From Candidatus Woesearchaeota archaeon (GTDB lineage: Archaea > Nanobdellota > Nanobdellia > SCGC-AAA011-G17 > DATDVL01): 47,359 nt of DNA. Every line of letters begins with the position of its first letter. Position 1 is the stretch's first letter. The translations under genes and the position numbers were made by a program. Shown piece by piece: positions 10,061 to 19,917 of the stretch. A model generated the notes under the pieces. The model was not told the DNA's origin and did not search any database. It was given only the letters and a program-made list of their open reading frames with translations. The stretch lies in contig CAYIRJ010000004.1 in the NCBI GenBank assembly GCA_964365915.1, forward strand, positions 1-47,359, written 5' to 3'.

Positions 10061-11266
10061 AAATATATCATCCTCAGCATCGTAGTCCATTCCTAAGGCC
10101 TTTGTGAATTTTACTTGGTTTTCCTTGATCTGCAGTTTTTGCAGTGCCTTGTTCCTTATTTGTCGAATTCTTTCTCGTGTCACGTTTCCCTCGATTGTAC
10201 CTACTTCTTCCAATGTTCTTTTTTCTCCTGTAAGATACAATAATCTTATTATTCTTTTTTCTCTTTCTTTTAAAGAAGTTTTATCAAGTGCTTGAATAAT
10301 CATTTCTTTATCATAGACTAAAATATTTTCCCTTATCCTTTCTTGGTAATCATGGCAATCTCTTTTTTCCAAATAATCAACTATTTCTTGATCTTGTTGA
10401 TTGTGCTGAATATTTTCTTTTGCTGGAGTTAAGTCCTGCTTAGCTCTGTCATCTAATGTCAACGTTCGATGAAGATTCTGATCTTTGGGTTCTTGGTAAA
10501 GAGTGTTTATTTCTAGATTTACAGGATTCAAAGCCTTGCATATTAATTCAGTTTTTTTATCCGCAATTTCTTCTCCTCTTATTACCTTTTCTGCCCTTAG
10601 GAATAAAAAAGAATCTAGATGCACTGCTGCATAGGAATAGTTATGATAATTTTCACTCATTACACCAAAAAAGGCAGCTCTATACACTGCTGTGTATCCT
10701 GGATGTTTTTCTGCTTTTCTCACGAAATTAATAATAGATATAGAAGCCCGCTGTATGAGATCTTCCAATGGTGGTGATTCTAAATTCCTTGATTTTCTAT
10801 AGCGAATAAATGATTTTCCTGCCTGCGTGGCTGTATGCAGAAAATACGTCTCCATAAATCGTTGCATCTCTTGTTCAGAATATCCTGCTTCTTTCAACGC
10901 TGGAGCAATATGCCCTCGATAATGATGTACAAATGTTGCATGGTATCTTTGATTTACTTCTTCTTGCGTGGCAGATGGGTGCTGCTGTAAAAATTTGAGA
11001 AAGTTCCTTTTTCTTTCATCCCAGACTTTCTCTGACAATTGCCCTTTTCCCCTATTCCAAGCTGATTTTGAAATGCCTACATCTTTTTTTGCATTGTTAA
11101 TTCTCAACCGGTAGAACTTTTTGAGAATGGATTCTAGTCCTGCTTTCCTTACATCCCTTATGCTCGCTCCTTGATGACTTGCTAAATAGTCATAAAATTC
11201 TGTTAATCCTCTTTCCCAATATGCGTAATCCTTCTGTACCTGTTTTTGCTCTGATATAGTAGTCAT
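10055..11266 (-). CDS. Sigma-70-family-like protein (region 2 DLIQ... and region 4.2 HTH) of bacterial type, antisense within the rpo-str cluster
   Basis: 403 aa. C-terminal LDKTSLKEREKRIIRLLYLTGEKRTLEEVGTIEGNVTRERIRQIRNKALQKL is a near-consensus sigma-70 region 4.2. EDLIQRASISIINFVRKAEKHPGYTAVYRAAFFGV resembles region 2.1-2.2 (DLIQEGNIGLMKAVEKFD..GFKFSTYATWWI). Lower GC than its neighbours; overlaps the nusA stop convergently. Confidence 0.7.
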   Translation of the reverse strand: MTTISEQKQVQKDYAYWERGLTEFYDYLASHQGASIRDVRKAGLESILKKFYRLRINNAKKDVGISKSAWNRGKGQLSEKVWDERKRNFLKFLQQHPSATQEEVNQRYHATFVHHYRGHIAPALKEAGYSEQEMQRFMETYFLHTATQAGKSFIRYRKSRNLESPPLEDLIQRASISIINFVRKAEKHPGYTAVYRAAFFGVMSENYHNYSYAAVHLDSFLFLRAEKVIRGEEIADKKTELICKALNPVNLEINTLYQEPKDQNLHRTLTLDDRAKQDLTPAKENIQHNQQDQEIVDYLEKRDCHDYQERIRENILVYDKEMIIQALDKTSLKEREKRIIRLLYLTGEKRTLEEVGTIEGNVTRERIRQIRNKALQKLQIKENQVKFTKALGMDYDAEDDIFL

Positions 11267-11308
11267 TTATCTCTTGTCATTCATTTTCTTTTTAAGACTT
11301 GTGAACTT

Positions 11309-11722
11309 TTAGAATTCCATAACGTGAGGAGATTCCTTTATTTCCTCATTAGCAATCAGTGGAGCTGGTTCCCTACGATACACTCTTCCTTTTGCAATCA
11401 GTTTCGAAGACTCTTCAGGGTGCACTAAAGGAGGATGTTTATACCGTACTTTGACAGCATCATTTTGATACAGTACTGTTCCCTCTGCTTGTAAAATACA
11501 TACCAACCCCTCATCAAGTCCTGCTAGTGGAATATGCCATCCTAAATGAGTTTTTACAGAAGCGAACTGGATACTTTGATTGGGATATGTACATACATAC
11601 CAAAATTTTCCTTCCTCCTCACCCCTTGTTATTCCTCGTGTGATAATGGTCAGAATTTCATTTTTCTTTACTGTCCTTAATACTTCTTCTAATGCAGAAA
11701 AGACCCCCATATGTGACTTCAT
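11309..11722 (-). CDS. Hypothetical protein (137 aa), upstream partner of the sigma-like gene
   Basis: ORF co-oriented with 10055-11266 and separated from it by 42 nt. No recognisable motif. Confidence 0.55.
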   Translation of the reverse strand: MKSHMGVFSALEEVLRTVKKNEILTIITRGITRGEEEGKFWYVCTYPNQSIQFASVKTHLGWHIPLAGLDEGLVCILQAEGTVLYQNDAVKVRYKHPPLVHPEESSKLIAKGRVYRREPAPLIANEEIKESPHVMEF

Positions 11723-11788
11723 ACGTGACTTATTAGGCGTTATGAGTATAAATACTTAATGTCTACCAAATAAAAAATCAGCACAATC

Positions 11789-11796
11789 TTTATAAA
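11789..11796 (+). promoter_or_regulatory. TATA-box-like element for rps12 (leaderless)
   Basis: TTTATAAA centred ~27 nt upstream of ATG 11820. Confidence 0.35.
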
Positions 11797-11819
11797 TGGC
11801 TTTCAGAAATTATTTTCTT

Positions 11820-12257
11820 ATGTCTGGAAAATCCAATGGATTATTTGCTGGAAAGCGCTTGAAGAATCGGAGAAAACAATTTCGGTGGAACTCTAAATGG
11901 TTCACTAGGAAAACACTGAATCTTAAGGAGAAAGCAGATCCTCTGGGAGGAGCTTCGCAGGCTAAGGGAATTGTTTTGGAAAAGACACAGCGGGAAGCGA
12001 AACAGCCAAATTCAGCGATGAGAAAATGCGTTCGCGTTCAGCTTCAGAAAAATGGAAAGATCATCACTGCATTTGCGCCAAGAGATGGAGCCATTAAGCA
12101 GATTGATGAGCATGATGAAGTCATTGTTGAATGCATTGGTGGTACTATGGGAAGGGCGAAAGGAGATTTGCCTGGTGTGAGATGGCAAGTGATCAAGATT
12201 AACGATCAAAGCTTGGATGCCTTACTGAAAGGCAAGATTGAAAAGGGACGACGATGA
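11820..12257 (+). CDS. rps12: 30S ribosomal protein S12 (uS12)
   Basis: [39 protein letters not shown] is a canonical S12 pattern. The start is chosen at MSGKSNG (11820), matching archaeal S12 N-termini, with a TATA at 11789-11796. The ORF track begins at 11796. Confidence 0.9.
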   Translation: MSGKSNGLFAGKRLKNRRKQFRWNSKWFTRKTLNLKEKADPLGGASQAKGIVLEKTQREAKQPNSAMRKCVRVQLQKNGKIITAFAPRDGAIKQIDEHDEVIVECIGGTMGRAKGDLPGVRWQVIKINDQSLDALLKGKIEKGRR

Positions 12258-12844
12258 AGCTTTTTGGTAGATGGGATGTTGCTGGAATCCAGGTGGCTGA
12301 TCCTGGGCTGAAGGAGTACATTAATTTGAGAGCAATGCATGTGCCCCGCATGGCAGGTAGAAATATGAAAGTAAGATTCTGGAAGAACAAGTACACTTTA
12401 GTTGAACGCTTCATGAACAAGCTGATGGTGCCTGGGCATAAGGGAAAAAAACATCTCTTGAGTTCGGGAAGATGCGGAGGAAAGGGATTGACTTCTGTTG
12501 CTCTCACCTTGAAAACTTTCCAGCTTGTGGAGCAGAAGACCAAGAAAAACCCTATAGAAATTTTTGTGAAGGCTGTTGAGAATGCTGCTCCGCGCGAGGA
12601 TATTACTACTATTGAATATGGGGGTGCAAAATACCCGCATTCTGTTGACTGTGCACCACAACGCAGGATTGATATTGCCCTTCGCTTCATGATCCAGGGC
12701 AGCTACGGAAAAAGCTATGGCAAGAAAATTAAAGCGCATGAGGCTTTGGCAGATGAAATTATCAGAGCATATCAGAGTGATGGAAGGAGCTTTGCCATCT
12801 CCAAGAAACTGGAATTGGAACGGCAAGCTGATGCTGCGCGATAA
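12254..12844 (+). CDS. rps7: 30S ribosomal protein S7 (uS7)
   Basis: 196 aa. [25 protein letters not shown] is a typical archaeal S7 start. ATGA overlap with rps12. Confidence 0.95.
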   Translation: MKLFGRWDVAGIQVADPGLKEYINLRAMHVPRMAGRNMKVRFWKNKYTLVERFMNKLMVPGHKGKKHLLSSGRCGGKGLTSVALTLKTFQLVEQKTKKNPIEIFVKAVENAAPREDITTIEYGGAKYPHSVDCAPQRRIDIALRFMIQGSYGKSYGKKIKAHEALADEIIRAYQSDGRSFAISKKLELERQADAAR

Positions 12845-13267
12845 TTACTCTTCTTCGATCCGTTTTTTCTCTACTCTATATCCAGCATATCGAAAAATAG
12901 ACTGATACTCTTTTTTACATACACTGCGTCGTGGTGATTGTTCGGGTTTTGGTTGATGGAGAAGTTCGTCAAGACTCTTGAGATTATAGTCCCATAATTT
13001 ACTTATTCTTCCTTGCGCAGCAAGTTCATTAAAAATTATTTTTATATTCTCTTCAGCATATACTCTCTTGTATCTTTCCCCTATACGTCCCAACATTTTT
13101 GCAATTTTTTCGTCTAGATACTGTACATAGGGAGCAAGTCTCCTTTCTAATCCTCCCCTTCTGCATCCTAATTGGAGTGCCATAGCTTTTACTTCTGGAA
13201 GGACATAGACCAACGTTTTCCCTTCCTGCGCTAATTGTTCTCGATACTGACGTAAACTTTCTGTCAT
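12845..13267 (-). CDS. Hypothetical protein (140 aa) antisense between rps7 and fusA
   Basis: ORF abuts the rps7 stop; charged C-terminus; no motif recognised. Confidence 0.5.
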   Translation of the reverse strand: MTESLRQYREQLAQEGKTLVYVLPEVKAMALQLGCRRGGLERRLAPYVQYLDEKIAKMLGRIGERYKRVYAEENIKIIFNELAAQGRISKLWDYNLKSLDELLHQPKPEQSPRRSVCKKEYQSIFRYAGYRVEKKRIEEE

Positions 13268-13339
13268 ATGTTACCATTATTAAGAGACTCTTTTTAAACA
13301 TTATGCATCAGGAAACGTTTCCTTTCAGTGTTGAAAAGG

Positions 13340-13348
13340 TTTTTAAAT
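13340..13348 (+). promoter_or_regulatory. TATA-box-like element for fusA
   Basis: TTTTTAAAT centred ~28 nt upstream of ATG 13372. Confidence 0.3.
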
Positions 13349-13371
13349 CATTTTCTTGATCTTCTTGAGTC

Positions 13372-15576
13372 ATGGGGAAAGCTACCACTATTGAAGATCT
13401 TAAGGCGTTGATGAAGAAGCCTGATAATATCAGGAATATCTGTACTTCAGCACACATCCATCACGGCAAAACGGCATTAACAGACAACCTTTTAGCAGCT
13501 GCTGGACTGATGAGTGAAAAGGCAGCAGGCAGTCTAGAAGAAGGCATGGCTACTTGGCAGCACAAGGATGAGCAAGAACGATTAATGACTGTGGATGCTG
13601 CGAACGTGAGCATGAGCCATGAGTATGAGGGGCAATCGTATTTGATTAATCTCATTGATACTCCTGGACACGTTGACTTTGGGGGCAATGTAACAAGGGC
13701 CATGCGCGCCATTGATGGTACGATTGTTTTGATTTGTGGGGTGGAAGGGATCATGCCCCAAACCGAGACTGTAATGAAGCAGGCCATCCGCGAACGGGTC
13801 AAACCAGTGTTGTTCATCAACAAAGTAGACAGGATGATCAATGAATTGAAATTGACTCCTGAGCAGATGCAGGAGCGATTCGTGAAACTGGTACTTGATT
13901 TCAACAAGTTAGTGGAAAATATTACAGAAGATGAATTCAAAGAAACATGGAAAGTTAACATTTTGGATGGTAGCGTGGCATTTGGATCTGCACGGGAAAA
14001 CTGGGGATTGAGCATTCCCAACATGAAGAAAAAAGGCATCACCTTCAAACACATCATTGAGCAATACACTTCAGGAAAACCCAAAGAGGAGATTACTGAC
14101 TGGTTCTGGAAGAACGCTCCTCTTTATGAAGTCATACTCGACATGGTGATTAAACATTTGCCGAATCCTCTGATTGCACAGCAATATAGAATTCCGCACA
14201 TCTGGAAAGGAGATATTCAAAGCCGTTTTGGGCAGGATCTGGTGCACTGCAATTCTGAGGGAAAAATTGCCTTTGTCATTACAAGAATTGTGATTGATCC
14301 GAAATTCAGCAGGGAGATGGCTGCAGGAAGGTTATTTTCTGGAACCATTAAAGATGGCATGCAGGTCTGGCTGAACAACGCCAAGCTGCACCAACGGGTA
14401 GGCCAAGTATTTCTCTATAAAGGAACAAGGCCTGAGCAGATTGGAGAAGCTGTTGCGGGGAATGTGATTGCCTTGGGAGGGGTTTCTGGATTTGCAGGAG
14501 AGACGATTACTTTAGAACAGGAGCAGCCGTTTGAGGATATGAAACACATCTTTGAACCTGTCATTACCAAGAGCATTGAACCTATGAAACCTCAAGATCT
14601 GCCGAAACTCGTAGAGATCCTGAAAAAAGTGAGCAAGGAAGATCCTTCCTTGAAAGTCACGATTAACCTGGAAACGGGAGAGAATTTAATTCACGGTATG
14701 GGAGAGTTGCATTTAGAGATTATTGAAAATAGGATCAAGGATGAGCGCGGTTTCCAGGTGAAGACAGGAGAGCCTATTGTTGTGTATCGAGAGACTGTGC
14801 AAAAGCCTTCTGTGGAAATGGAAGGGAAATCTCCGAACAAGCATAATAAATTCTACATTACTGTTGAACCTCTGAGCAAGGAATGGTACACATTAATAAA
14901 AGAAGACGTGCTCACAGGAGGAAAAATGAAGAAAGGCGATGCCGAGGCCTACTTGAAACTGGAAAAGGCAGGTATTCCTGTAAAGGAAGCAAAGAAAATC
15001 AGAGATGTCTACAATGAAAACGTGCTGATTGATGACACGAAAGGAATTGTGGCTATAGGAGAAGTGCAGGAACTGATTAATGAAGGATTTGAACAAGTGA
15101 TGCGCGAGGGTCCCATTGCTCGAGAGCCGTGCGTAAAATTAAAGGTATTTATCAAAGATTGCAAGCTGCATGAGGATGCAATCCATCGAGGGCCTGCTCA
15201 AGTGCTGCCTGCGATCAGAGAAGGTATCAAAGCTGCGATGGTGGATGCGAAGGCACTGCTCTACGAGCCGTACCAAGTTATTCTGATTGAGTGTCCCAGT
15301 GATTTCATGGGAGAAATCAACAAATTGGTTTCGAACAAGCGGGGTCAATTATTCGATATTGAGCATAAGGGCACAGAGATCTTAGTAAAATGCAGGATGC
15401 CGGTGGCTGAGATGATTGGGTTAGCTTCTGATCTGAGAAGCGCAACTGAAGGGAGAGGTACCTATTTCATGGTGGATCAGGAATTTGACAAGGTTCCTGG
15501 GGACTTGCAGGAAAAAGTGGCACGAAAGATTAGGGAAAGAAAAGGTTTGAATCCTGATCAAATGAACCTGAGCTAG
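13372..15576 (+). CDS. fusA: Elongation factor 2 (aEF-2)
   Basis: 734 aa. Has the GTPase motifs AHIHHGKT, DTPGHVDF and NKVD, and the diphthamide loop HEDAIHRGPAQ. Confidence 0.95.
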   Translation: MGKATTIEDLKALMKKPDNIRNICTSAHIHHGKTALTDNLLAAAGLMSEKAAGSLEEGMATWQHKDEQERLMTVDAANVSMSHEYEGQSYLINLIDTPGHVDFGGNVTRAMRAIDGTIVLICGVEGIMPQTETVMKQAIRERVKPVLFINKVDRMINELKLTPEQMQERFVKLVLDFNKLVENITEDEFKETWKVNILDGSVAFGSARENWGLSIPNMKKKGITFKHIIEQYTSGKPKEEITDWFWKNAPLYEVILDMVIKHLPNPLIAQQYRIPHIWKGDIQSRFGQDLVHCNSEGKIAFVITRIVIDPKFSREMAAGRLFSGTIKDGMQVWLNNAKLHQRVGQVFLYKGTRPEQIGEAVAGNVIALGGVSGFAGETITLEQEQPFEDMKHIFEPVITKSIEPMKPQDLPKLVEILKKVSKEDPSLKVTINLETGENLIHGMGELHLEIIENRIKDERGFQVKTGEPIVVYRETVQKPSVEMEGKSPNKHNKFYITVEPLSKEWYTLIKEDVLTGGKMKKGDAEAYLKLEKAGIPVKEAKKIRDVYNENVLIDDTKGIVAIGEVQELINEGFEQVMREGPIAREPCVKLKVFIKDCKLHEDAIHRGPAQVLPAIREGIKAAMVDAKALLYEPYQVILIECPSDFMGEINKLVSNKRGQLFDIEHKGTEILVKCRMPVAEMIGLASDLRSATEGRGTYFMVDQEFDKVPGDLQEKVARKIRERKGLNPDQMNLS

Positions 15577-15793
15577 AACTGAAAAACGAAATATTAATAA
15601 AGGGATTTTCTTTCATTTTTATATCTTTATTCCTGTACGATTGGGTTTTCTTTTTCCCGCAGGAAAGGAGATTTTCTCCTCATCGTTTTCTTAGAGGGTT
15701 TTTGCTCTTTTTTACTCTTTAGTAGTTACAAAACGAAAACTTTAAATATGCAAAGGATTTATTTCTCTTCATAACTTAATGAGGTGTTGACGA

Positions 15794-16117
15794 ATGAAAC
15801 TGATTACAGCAACGGAAAAAGTTGAAAGAATTCTTAATAAAGAAATTAGTGAATATAGAGTTGGGCATAGCTCTTATCAATCTGATTTTGCACGTGCCCT
15901 CCATCTTCGCGAACAGCTCTTCTCTTGTGTTGATCGCATTCTTGATGGGGACACAGAAATCCCACAGATTGTTGGCGTTATTCAACGTGCTTTAAATTAT
16001 GGACCTGAGGTAGAAAATCTTGTTTTACAACTTGGTGCTCAGAGGAATACTACTGTTAGTACTGTCTTACCTGCACCTATTGCAGAAGCAGTTTTTCACT
16101 ATCGACGGAAGAGGTGA
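15794..16117 (+). CDS. Hypothetical protein (107 aa)
   Basis: ORF with GAGGTG Shine-Dalgarno ~8 nt upstream; low-GC island between fusA and tuf. Confidence 0.5.
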   Translation: MKLITATEKVERILNKEISEYRVGHSSYQSDFARALHLREQLFSCVDRILDGDTEIPQIVGVIQRALNYGPEVENLVLQLGAQRNTTVSTVLPAPIAEAVFHYRRKR

Positions 16118-16122
16118 TAATC

Positions 16123-16617
16123 ATGAAGGAAAACGGTGCTGTTGCTGTTCTTGATCAATTTCCTTTTCATTTTGATGATGAGAGATATGTTTCTAGTGTT
16201 GGAGGCACTTATTGTGTTCCTTTACACACTTCGACGCTACGATGTTTCAGTAAGAAGGAAAGGATCTCCCTCCTTCGAGATAGAGAGGAAAGTCTTCAAG
16301 CAAGTCTTTTAGATGCGCGCCACGCATTCGCCAATGATGTTTTAGAACGATGGGTATGCAGAACTTATATTGCCCGACCGGAAGGAGGATCAGAACCATC
16401 TCTGGAAGATGCGGGCGACACTCGTTTATTGTGGTATATTATCGAGGAAAACACGGAACTCCAGTCACGCCTTGAAGATTTCAGAGAACTGAAAGAGGGT
16501 CCTGTGAATCGTGATAACCTTCTGCAAAGACTTTCCGGCTATATAAGGGGGAACTACGACTCGCTCGTTAATGAAGTTTTGGATACTCTCGCAGAAAAAA
16601 ACAGACTTACTGTTTAA
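16123..16617 (+). CDS. Hypothetical protein (~164 aa)
   Basis: ATG at 16123 preceded by AAGAGGTGA. The ORF-track start at 16114 is GTG and overlaps the upstream stop. Confidence 0.5.
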   Translation: MKENGAVAVLDQFPFHFDDERYVSSVGGTYCVPLHTSTLRCFSKKERISLLRDREESLQASLLDARHAFANDVLERWVCRTYIARPEGGSEPSLEDAGDTRLLWYIIEENTELQSRLEDFRELKEGPVNRDNLLQRLSGYIRGNYDSLVNEVLDTLAEKNRLTV

Positions 16618-16729
16618 ATTTATCCTTTTCTTTTTTATTCATGCTAAAAGGATTGAAAAATTCTTTTATGGGGTTAAGATCACAAGTTTTAAATATCCCC
16701 TAATTCTGGCAATTTCCCCACGAGGTTTT

Positions 16730-16954
16730 ATGGTTTATCTTTTCAAGAACGATCGAGGAAGATTTACCTACAAGTTTCATACTCTTCTTGAAGGCAGGCC
16801 TCTGCGTGTGGGTGATATTTATCAGGAACTTACCGCTATTCAGGAATGCCTTGGTCAGCCCTGGCATGAGCACCCTGTTGCGCGACGCAGGATGGGAAAA
16901 GGTGAGATTACGCTTCCGGTATGGAACCTTGTCTCTTGTCATCCTCCGTTATGA
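16730..16954 (+). CDS. Hypothetical small protein (74 aa from internal Met); alternative to 16788-17120
   Basis: ATG at 16730 with GAGGT 4 nt upstream. Overlaps the 16788-17120 ORF in another frame; one of the two may be spurious, or the locus may be frameshifted. Confidence 0.3.
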   Translation: MVYLFKNDRGRFTYKFHTLLEGRPLRVGDIYQELTAIQECLGQPWHEHPVARRRMGKGEITLPVWNLVSCHPPL

Positions 16955-17120
16955 ACGGAACAAAACTCTTGTTGATGCCACTTTGAAAGCAGAAAAGTTT
17001 CTATCGCTTGACACTCCCGCGCTTCTTGCTCTTGAAGATTATTTCTTATCTTATCAGCACAAAGGAAAAGTCCTCCAACTTCTTCGAGAAAAACCTGTAT
17101 CTGCGTTTTCTGCGCTTTAG
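16788..17120 (+). CDS. Hypothetical protein (110 aa); overlaps alternative ORF 16571/16730-16954
   Basis: The C-terminal half (TLKAEKFLSLDTPALLALEDYFLSYQHKGKVLQLL) is protein-like. Ends 4 nt inside the convergent gene 17117-17671. Confidence 0.35.
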   Translation: MKAGLCVWVIFIRNLPLFRNALVSPGMSTLLRDAGWEKVRLRFRYGTLSLVILRYERNKTLVDATLKAEKFLSLDTPALLALEDYFLSYQHKGKVLQLLREKPVSAFSAL

Positions 17121-17671
17121 AATTCTTTCCTTTCCCTGAGATGCTTTATCAGTCCTGGAGGAAGCAAGGGCTTTCCCTTCCTGAGAACGTAAGTGAACGG
17201 CAGCTCTACAGATTCTGTTGTGTTCAAGTGAATTTCAATACCGTCTCGGAATTGAAGATCGTTCAGCTTCTTTCCCTGCATAATCTTTCTTGCCACATAG
17301 ACTGCAGTGTCTGTAGAGAACTGTTTCTTTCCTAGGTTTCTTGTGGGATAGGGGAGCTTTAAGGAAAGCTCTTTTTTGGTTCTTGCACGCGGAGGATGAT
17401 CACCTAAAATGCCCCCTAAAATCAGCGTATCAAACCTGTCCTGCGGGGATAATGTTTTTTGAGCAGACGGATCTAACACATATGCATTTGGGAACTTCAG
17501 CTGGAGAATTGATTTTTTATATACTGTCCCCCACTTTTGGAGTTCCCTTTTTCCCTTCTTGATATTGGTGAAGATAACATTTTCCTTTCCCGCAATCTTG
17601 GAAATGTGCTTGTATTCTATCAGGCACCAGGGAAATAATTCAGGTTCACGATGCTCGACGATGAACTTCAT
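17117..17671 (-). CDS. Hypothetical protein (184 aa), possibly an alpha/beta-knot (SPOUT)-like RNA-modification enzyme
   Basis: Glycine-rich segment FDTLILGGILGDHPPRARTKKEL. The fold assignment is a guess. Confidence 0.5.
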   Translation of the reverse strand: MKFIVEHREPELFPWCLIEYKHISKIAGKENVIFTNIKKGKRELQKWGTVYKKSILQLKFPNAYVLDPSAQKTLSPQDRFDTLILGGILGDHPPRARTKKELSLKLPYPTRNLGKKQFSTDTAVYVARKIMQGKKLNDLQFRDGIEIHLNTTESVELPFTYVLRKGKPLLPPGLIKHLRERKEF

Positions 17672-17836
17672 GGTTGCTCTTCAATAAAAATAAGCAAGCA
17701 AAGGCAAGGTTTATAACAATATTTATCTTGTTCATTTAACTTAACAGTAATGAAATCTCAAGAAATAGAAACGCTTATAAATCATCATCTCCGCATCTCC
17801 ACACATCTTTATCCTAATAAACATGAGGTAACCACT

Positions 17837-19123
17837 ATGGCACGAACAAAACCCCATTTGAACGTTGTCTTTGTCGGACACGTTGACCATGGAAAAAGCA
17901 CTACGATAGGAAGATTGCTCTATGATTCTGGGAACATTGATGAAACTGCTATGCGCAAGCTGAAGGAAACTGCGCAGCAAGTAGGAAAAGTAGGATTTGA
18001 ATTTGCATTTGTCATGGATAACCTCAAGGAAGAGCGCGAGCGGGGAGTGACCATTGACCTTTCGTACAAGAAATTCATCACGCAAAAGTTTGAAATTACC
18101 ATTATTGATGCGCCGGGGCACAAGGATTTTATCAAGAACATGATTACTGGCACAAGTCAGGCAGATGCGGCATTTTTAGTGGTTGCTGCGCCTGAAGGTG
18201 CTATGGCCCAGACCAAGGAGCACTTATGGCTGCTCAAGACATTGGGAGTGCAGCAGCTTGCAGTGCTTATTAATAAAATGGATGTTTCTAAGTATGACCA
18301 GAAGCGCTTTGAAGAAGTGAAGAATGAATTAAGCAAGCTCATTCAAAGCGTTGGGTACAAGCTAGAGAAGGTACAGTTCATCCCCACTGCTGGATTCCCT
18401 GGGGACAATGTAGCAAAGAAATCCCAGAACATGTCCTGGTATACGGGGCCTACGTTACTAGAACAGCTGGACAAGTTTGACACTCCCGAAAAGCCGACGC
18501 AACTACCTTTACGCCTGCCTATCCAGGATGTGTACAACATCACGGGAATTGGTGTGGTCCCTGTAGGCAGAGTAGAAACTGGAATCATGAAAGTCAATGA
18601 CAAAGTTATTATTGTTCCTGGGAGAGATGGAAAAGGAGTGAAAGGAGAAGTCAAGACCATTGAAATGCACCATGAACAGATTCCTGAAGCATTGCCTGGA
18701 GACAATGTCGGATTTTCCATTAAAAACATTGGGAAGAAGGACATTGAACGGGGAGATGTGTTAGGGCATGAGAACAATGTGCCTACAGTGGTGAGCGAGT
18801 TTACTGCGCAGATTGCAGTGATCAACCATCCTACAGTCATTACTGTAGGCTATACTCCCGTGTTCCATATCCATACTGCACAAGTGGCATGCCAATTTGC
18901 AGAATTAATGTACAAGGTGGATCCTCGCACAGGACAGAAGATGGAAGGCAAAGTGGACTTCCTCAAGAATGGGGATGTGGCTGTAGTGAAGATCAAGCCT
19001 ACCAAGCCTGTAGTGCTGGAGAAGCAAAAAGACATTCCGCACATGGCACGATTTGCTATTCGAGATGCAGGCGCTACGGTTGCCGCAGGCATGTGCATTG
19101 ACTACGTGAAGAAGACGCTGTAA
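17837..19123 (+). CDS. tuf: Elongation factor 1-alpha (aEF-1A)
   Basis: [30 protein letters not shown] and NKMD. Start taken at 17837 (GAGGT 6 nt upstream) rather than the ORF-track start at 17750. Confidence 0.95.
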   Translation: MARTKPHLNVVFVGHVDHGKSTTIGRLLYDSGNIDETAMRKLKETAQQVGKVGFEFAFVMDNLKEERERGVTIDLSYKKFITQKFEITIIDAPGHKDFIKNMITGTSQADAAFLVVAAPEGAMAQTKEHLWLLKTLGVQQLAVLINKMDVSKYDQKRFEEVKNELSKLIQSVGYKLEKVQFIPTAGFPGDNVAKKSQNMSWYTGPTLLEQLDKFDTPEKPTQLPLRLPIQDVYNITGIGVVPVGRVETGIMKVNDKVIIVPGRDGKGVKGEVKTIEMHHEQIPEALPGDNVGFSIKNIGKKDIERGDVLGHENNVPTVVSEFTAQIAVINHPTVITVGYTPVFHIHTAQVACQFAELMYKVDPRTGQKMEGKVDFLKNGDVAVVKIKPTKPVVLEKQKDIPHMARFAIRDAGATVAAGMCIDYVKKTL

Positions 19124-19126
19124 CAG

Positions 19127-19165
19127 CGGTTCTTTTCTTATTTTAATCTCTTGTTTTTTAATTCT
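19127..19165 (+). terminator. T-rich tract after tuf (archaeal oligo-T terminator candidate)
   Basis: CGGTTCTTTTCTTATTTTAATCTCTTGTTTTTTAATTC immediately after the tuf stop codon. Confidence 0.3.
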
Positions 19166-19332
19166 GCTTCTGTTAACATCATGTTAATTTATGAAGACTT
19201 AGTGATTGTAACATAGTTGCCCAGCTTTGCACATAAATCTATTTAAATCAGTTTGTCTAAAGAATATGGAAGGAATATGGATAAAATGCATGATTCATAT
19301 GAACCGCAGGATATTGATATTATATAACCAAA

Positions 19333-19917
19333 ATGGTAAAATTATTTTTAGTGCGCCACGGGGAAGCAATTGAAGCAGAGCCTGAGCCTATGCTTTCGAA
19401 AAAAGGTAAACAACAAGCAAAGGCTGTTGCAAAAAGGCTTGTACAATTTCGAATAACGAAAGTATATACGAGTAGCGCACGGCGAGCTTTGGAAACTTAT
19501 GAGCTATACAAAAAATTGAAACCTGATATTCCGGTTATAGTTTCTGATAAGTTAAAAGAAGTATATCGTACATTAGTTGGTGGTCCTGAACGTGAAGGTA
19601 CATCTCTCGATCGTGCAAAGAAAGATATGCAACGTGCAGATACTATCTTAAAAGAGATCCTTGATGATACTAAAGAAGATGATATTGTTCTTTTGTTTAT
19701 TCATGGAAATTTAATTCGATATATTCTTGCTCACTTTTTACAAATAAGTAAAGTGAACTTATGGGAAGAGTTAGAGATTCATGATGCTTCAATCTCATTA
19801 ATCGAAATTGTTAACAACAAACCACAAATCCGCTTGGTTAATTCCATCGAACATTTAGATAAAAAAGAAGTTGATGAATTCTACAATTGCTATGCAAAAA
19901 CAGAATATCTTTCTTAG
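19333..19917 (+). CDS. Histidine phosphatase superfamily protein (phosphoglycerate-mutase-like)
   Basis: LVRHGEA (RHG catalytic motif) at the N-terminus and a second His in LLFIHGNLIRY. Convergent, with a 4-nt overlap, with the glycosyltransferase operon. Confidence 0.7.
   Translation: MVKLFLVRHGEAIEAEPEPMLSKKGKQQAKAVAKRLVQFRITKVYTSSARRALETYELYKKLKPDIPVIVSDKLKEVYRTLVGGPEREGTSLDRAKKDMQRADTILKEILDDTKEDDIVLLFIHGNLIRYILAHFLQISKVNLWEELEIHDASISLIEIVNNKPQIRLVNSIEHLDKKEVDEFYNCYAKTEYLS

Noticed and set aside
9889-10731. Plus-strand ORFs 9889-10107, 10104-10295 and 10456-10731.
   Set aside because: They overlap nusA or the antisense sigma-like gene in other frames and have repetitive, low-complexity translations.
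11786-11798. TTTATAAATGG immediately at the ORF-track rps12 start (11796), as a promoter for that start.
   Set aside because: It is too close to 11796 to serve that ATG. It fits better as the TATA for a leaderless transcript beginning at the conserved MSGKS start (11820).
13053-13301. 82-aa minus-strand ORF overlapping 12845-13267 in another frame.
   Set aside because: Shadow of the longer 140-aa ORF; Lys/Arg-rich low complexity.
15139-15200. Possible divergence of the EF-2 diphthamide loop (HRGPAQ rather than eukaryotic HRGGGQ), linked to the truncated Dph2.
   Set aside because: From memory, HEDAIHRGPAQ is the usual archaeal form and the modified His is present. There is no evidence of loop degeneration, so the loop is not used as support for pathway loss.
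17750-17836. ORF-track start of tuf 29 codons upstream.
   Set aside because: Conserved EF-1alpha N-terminus begins at MARTKPHLN (17837) with a GAGGT SD. The upstream extension is not conserved.
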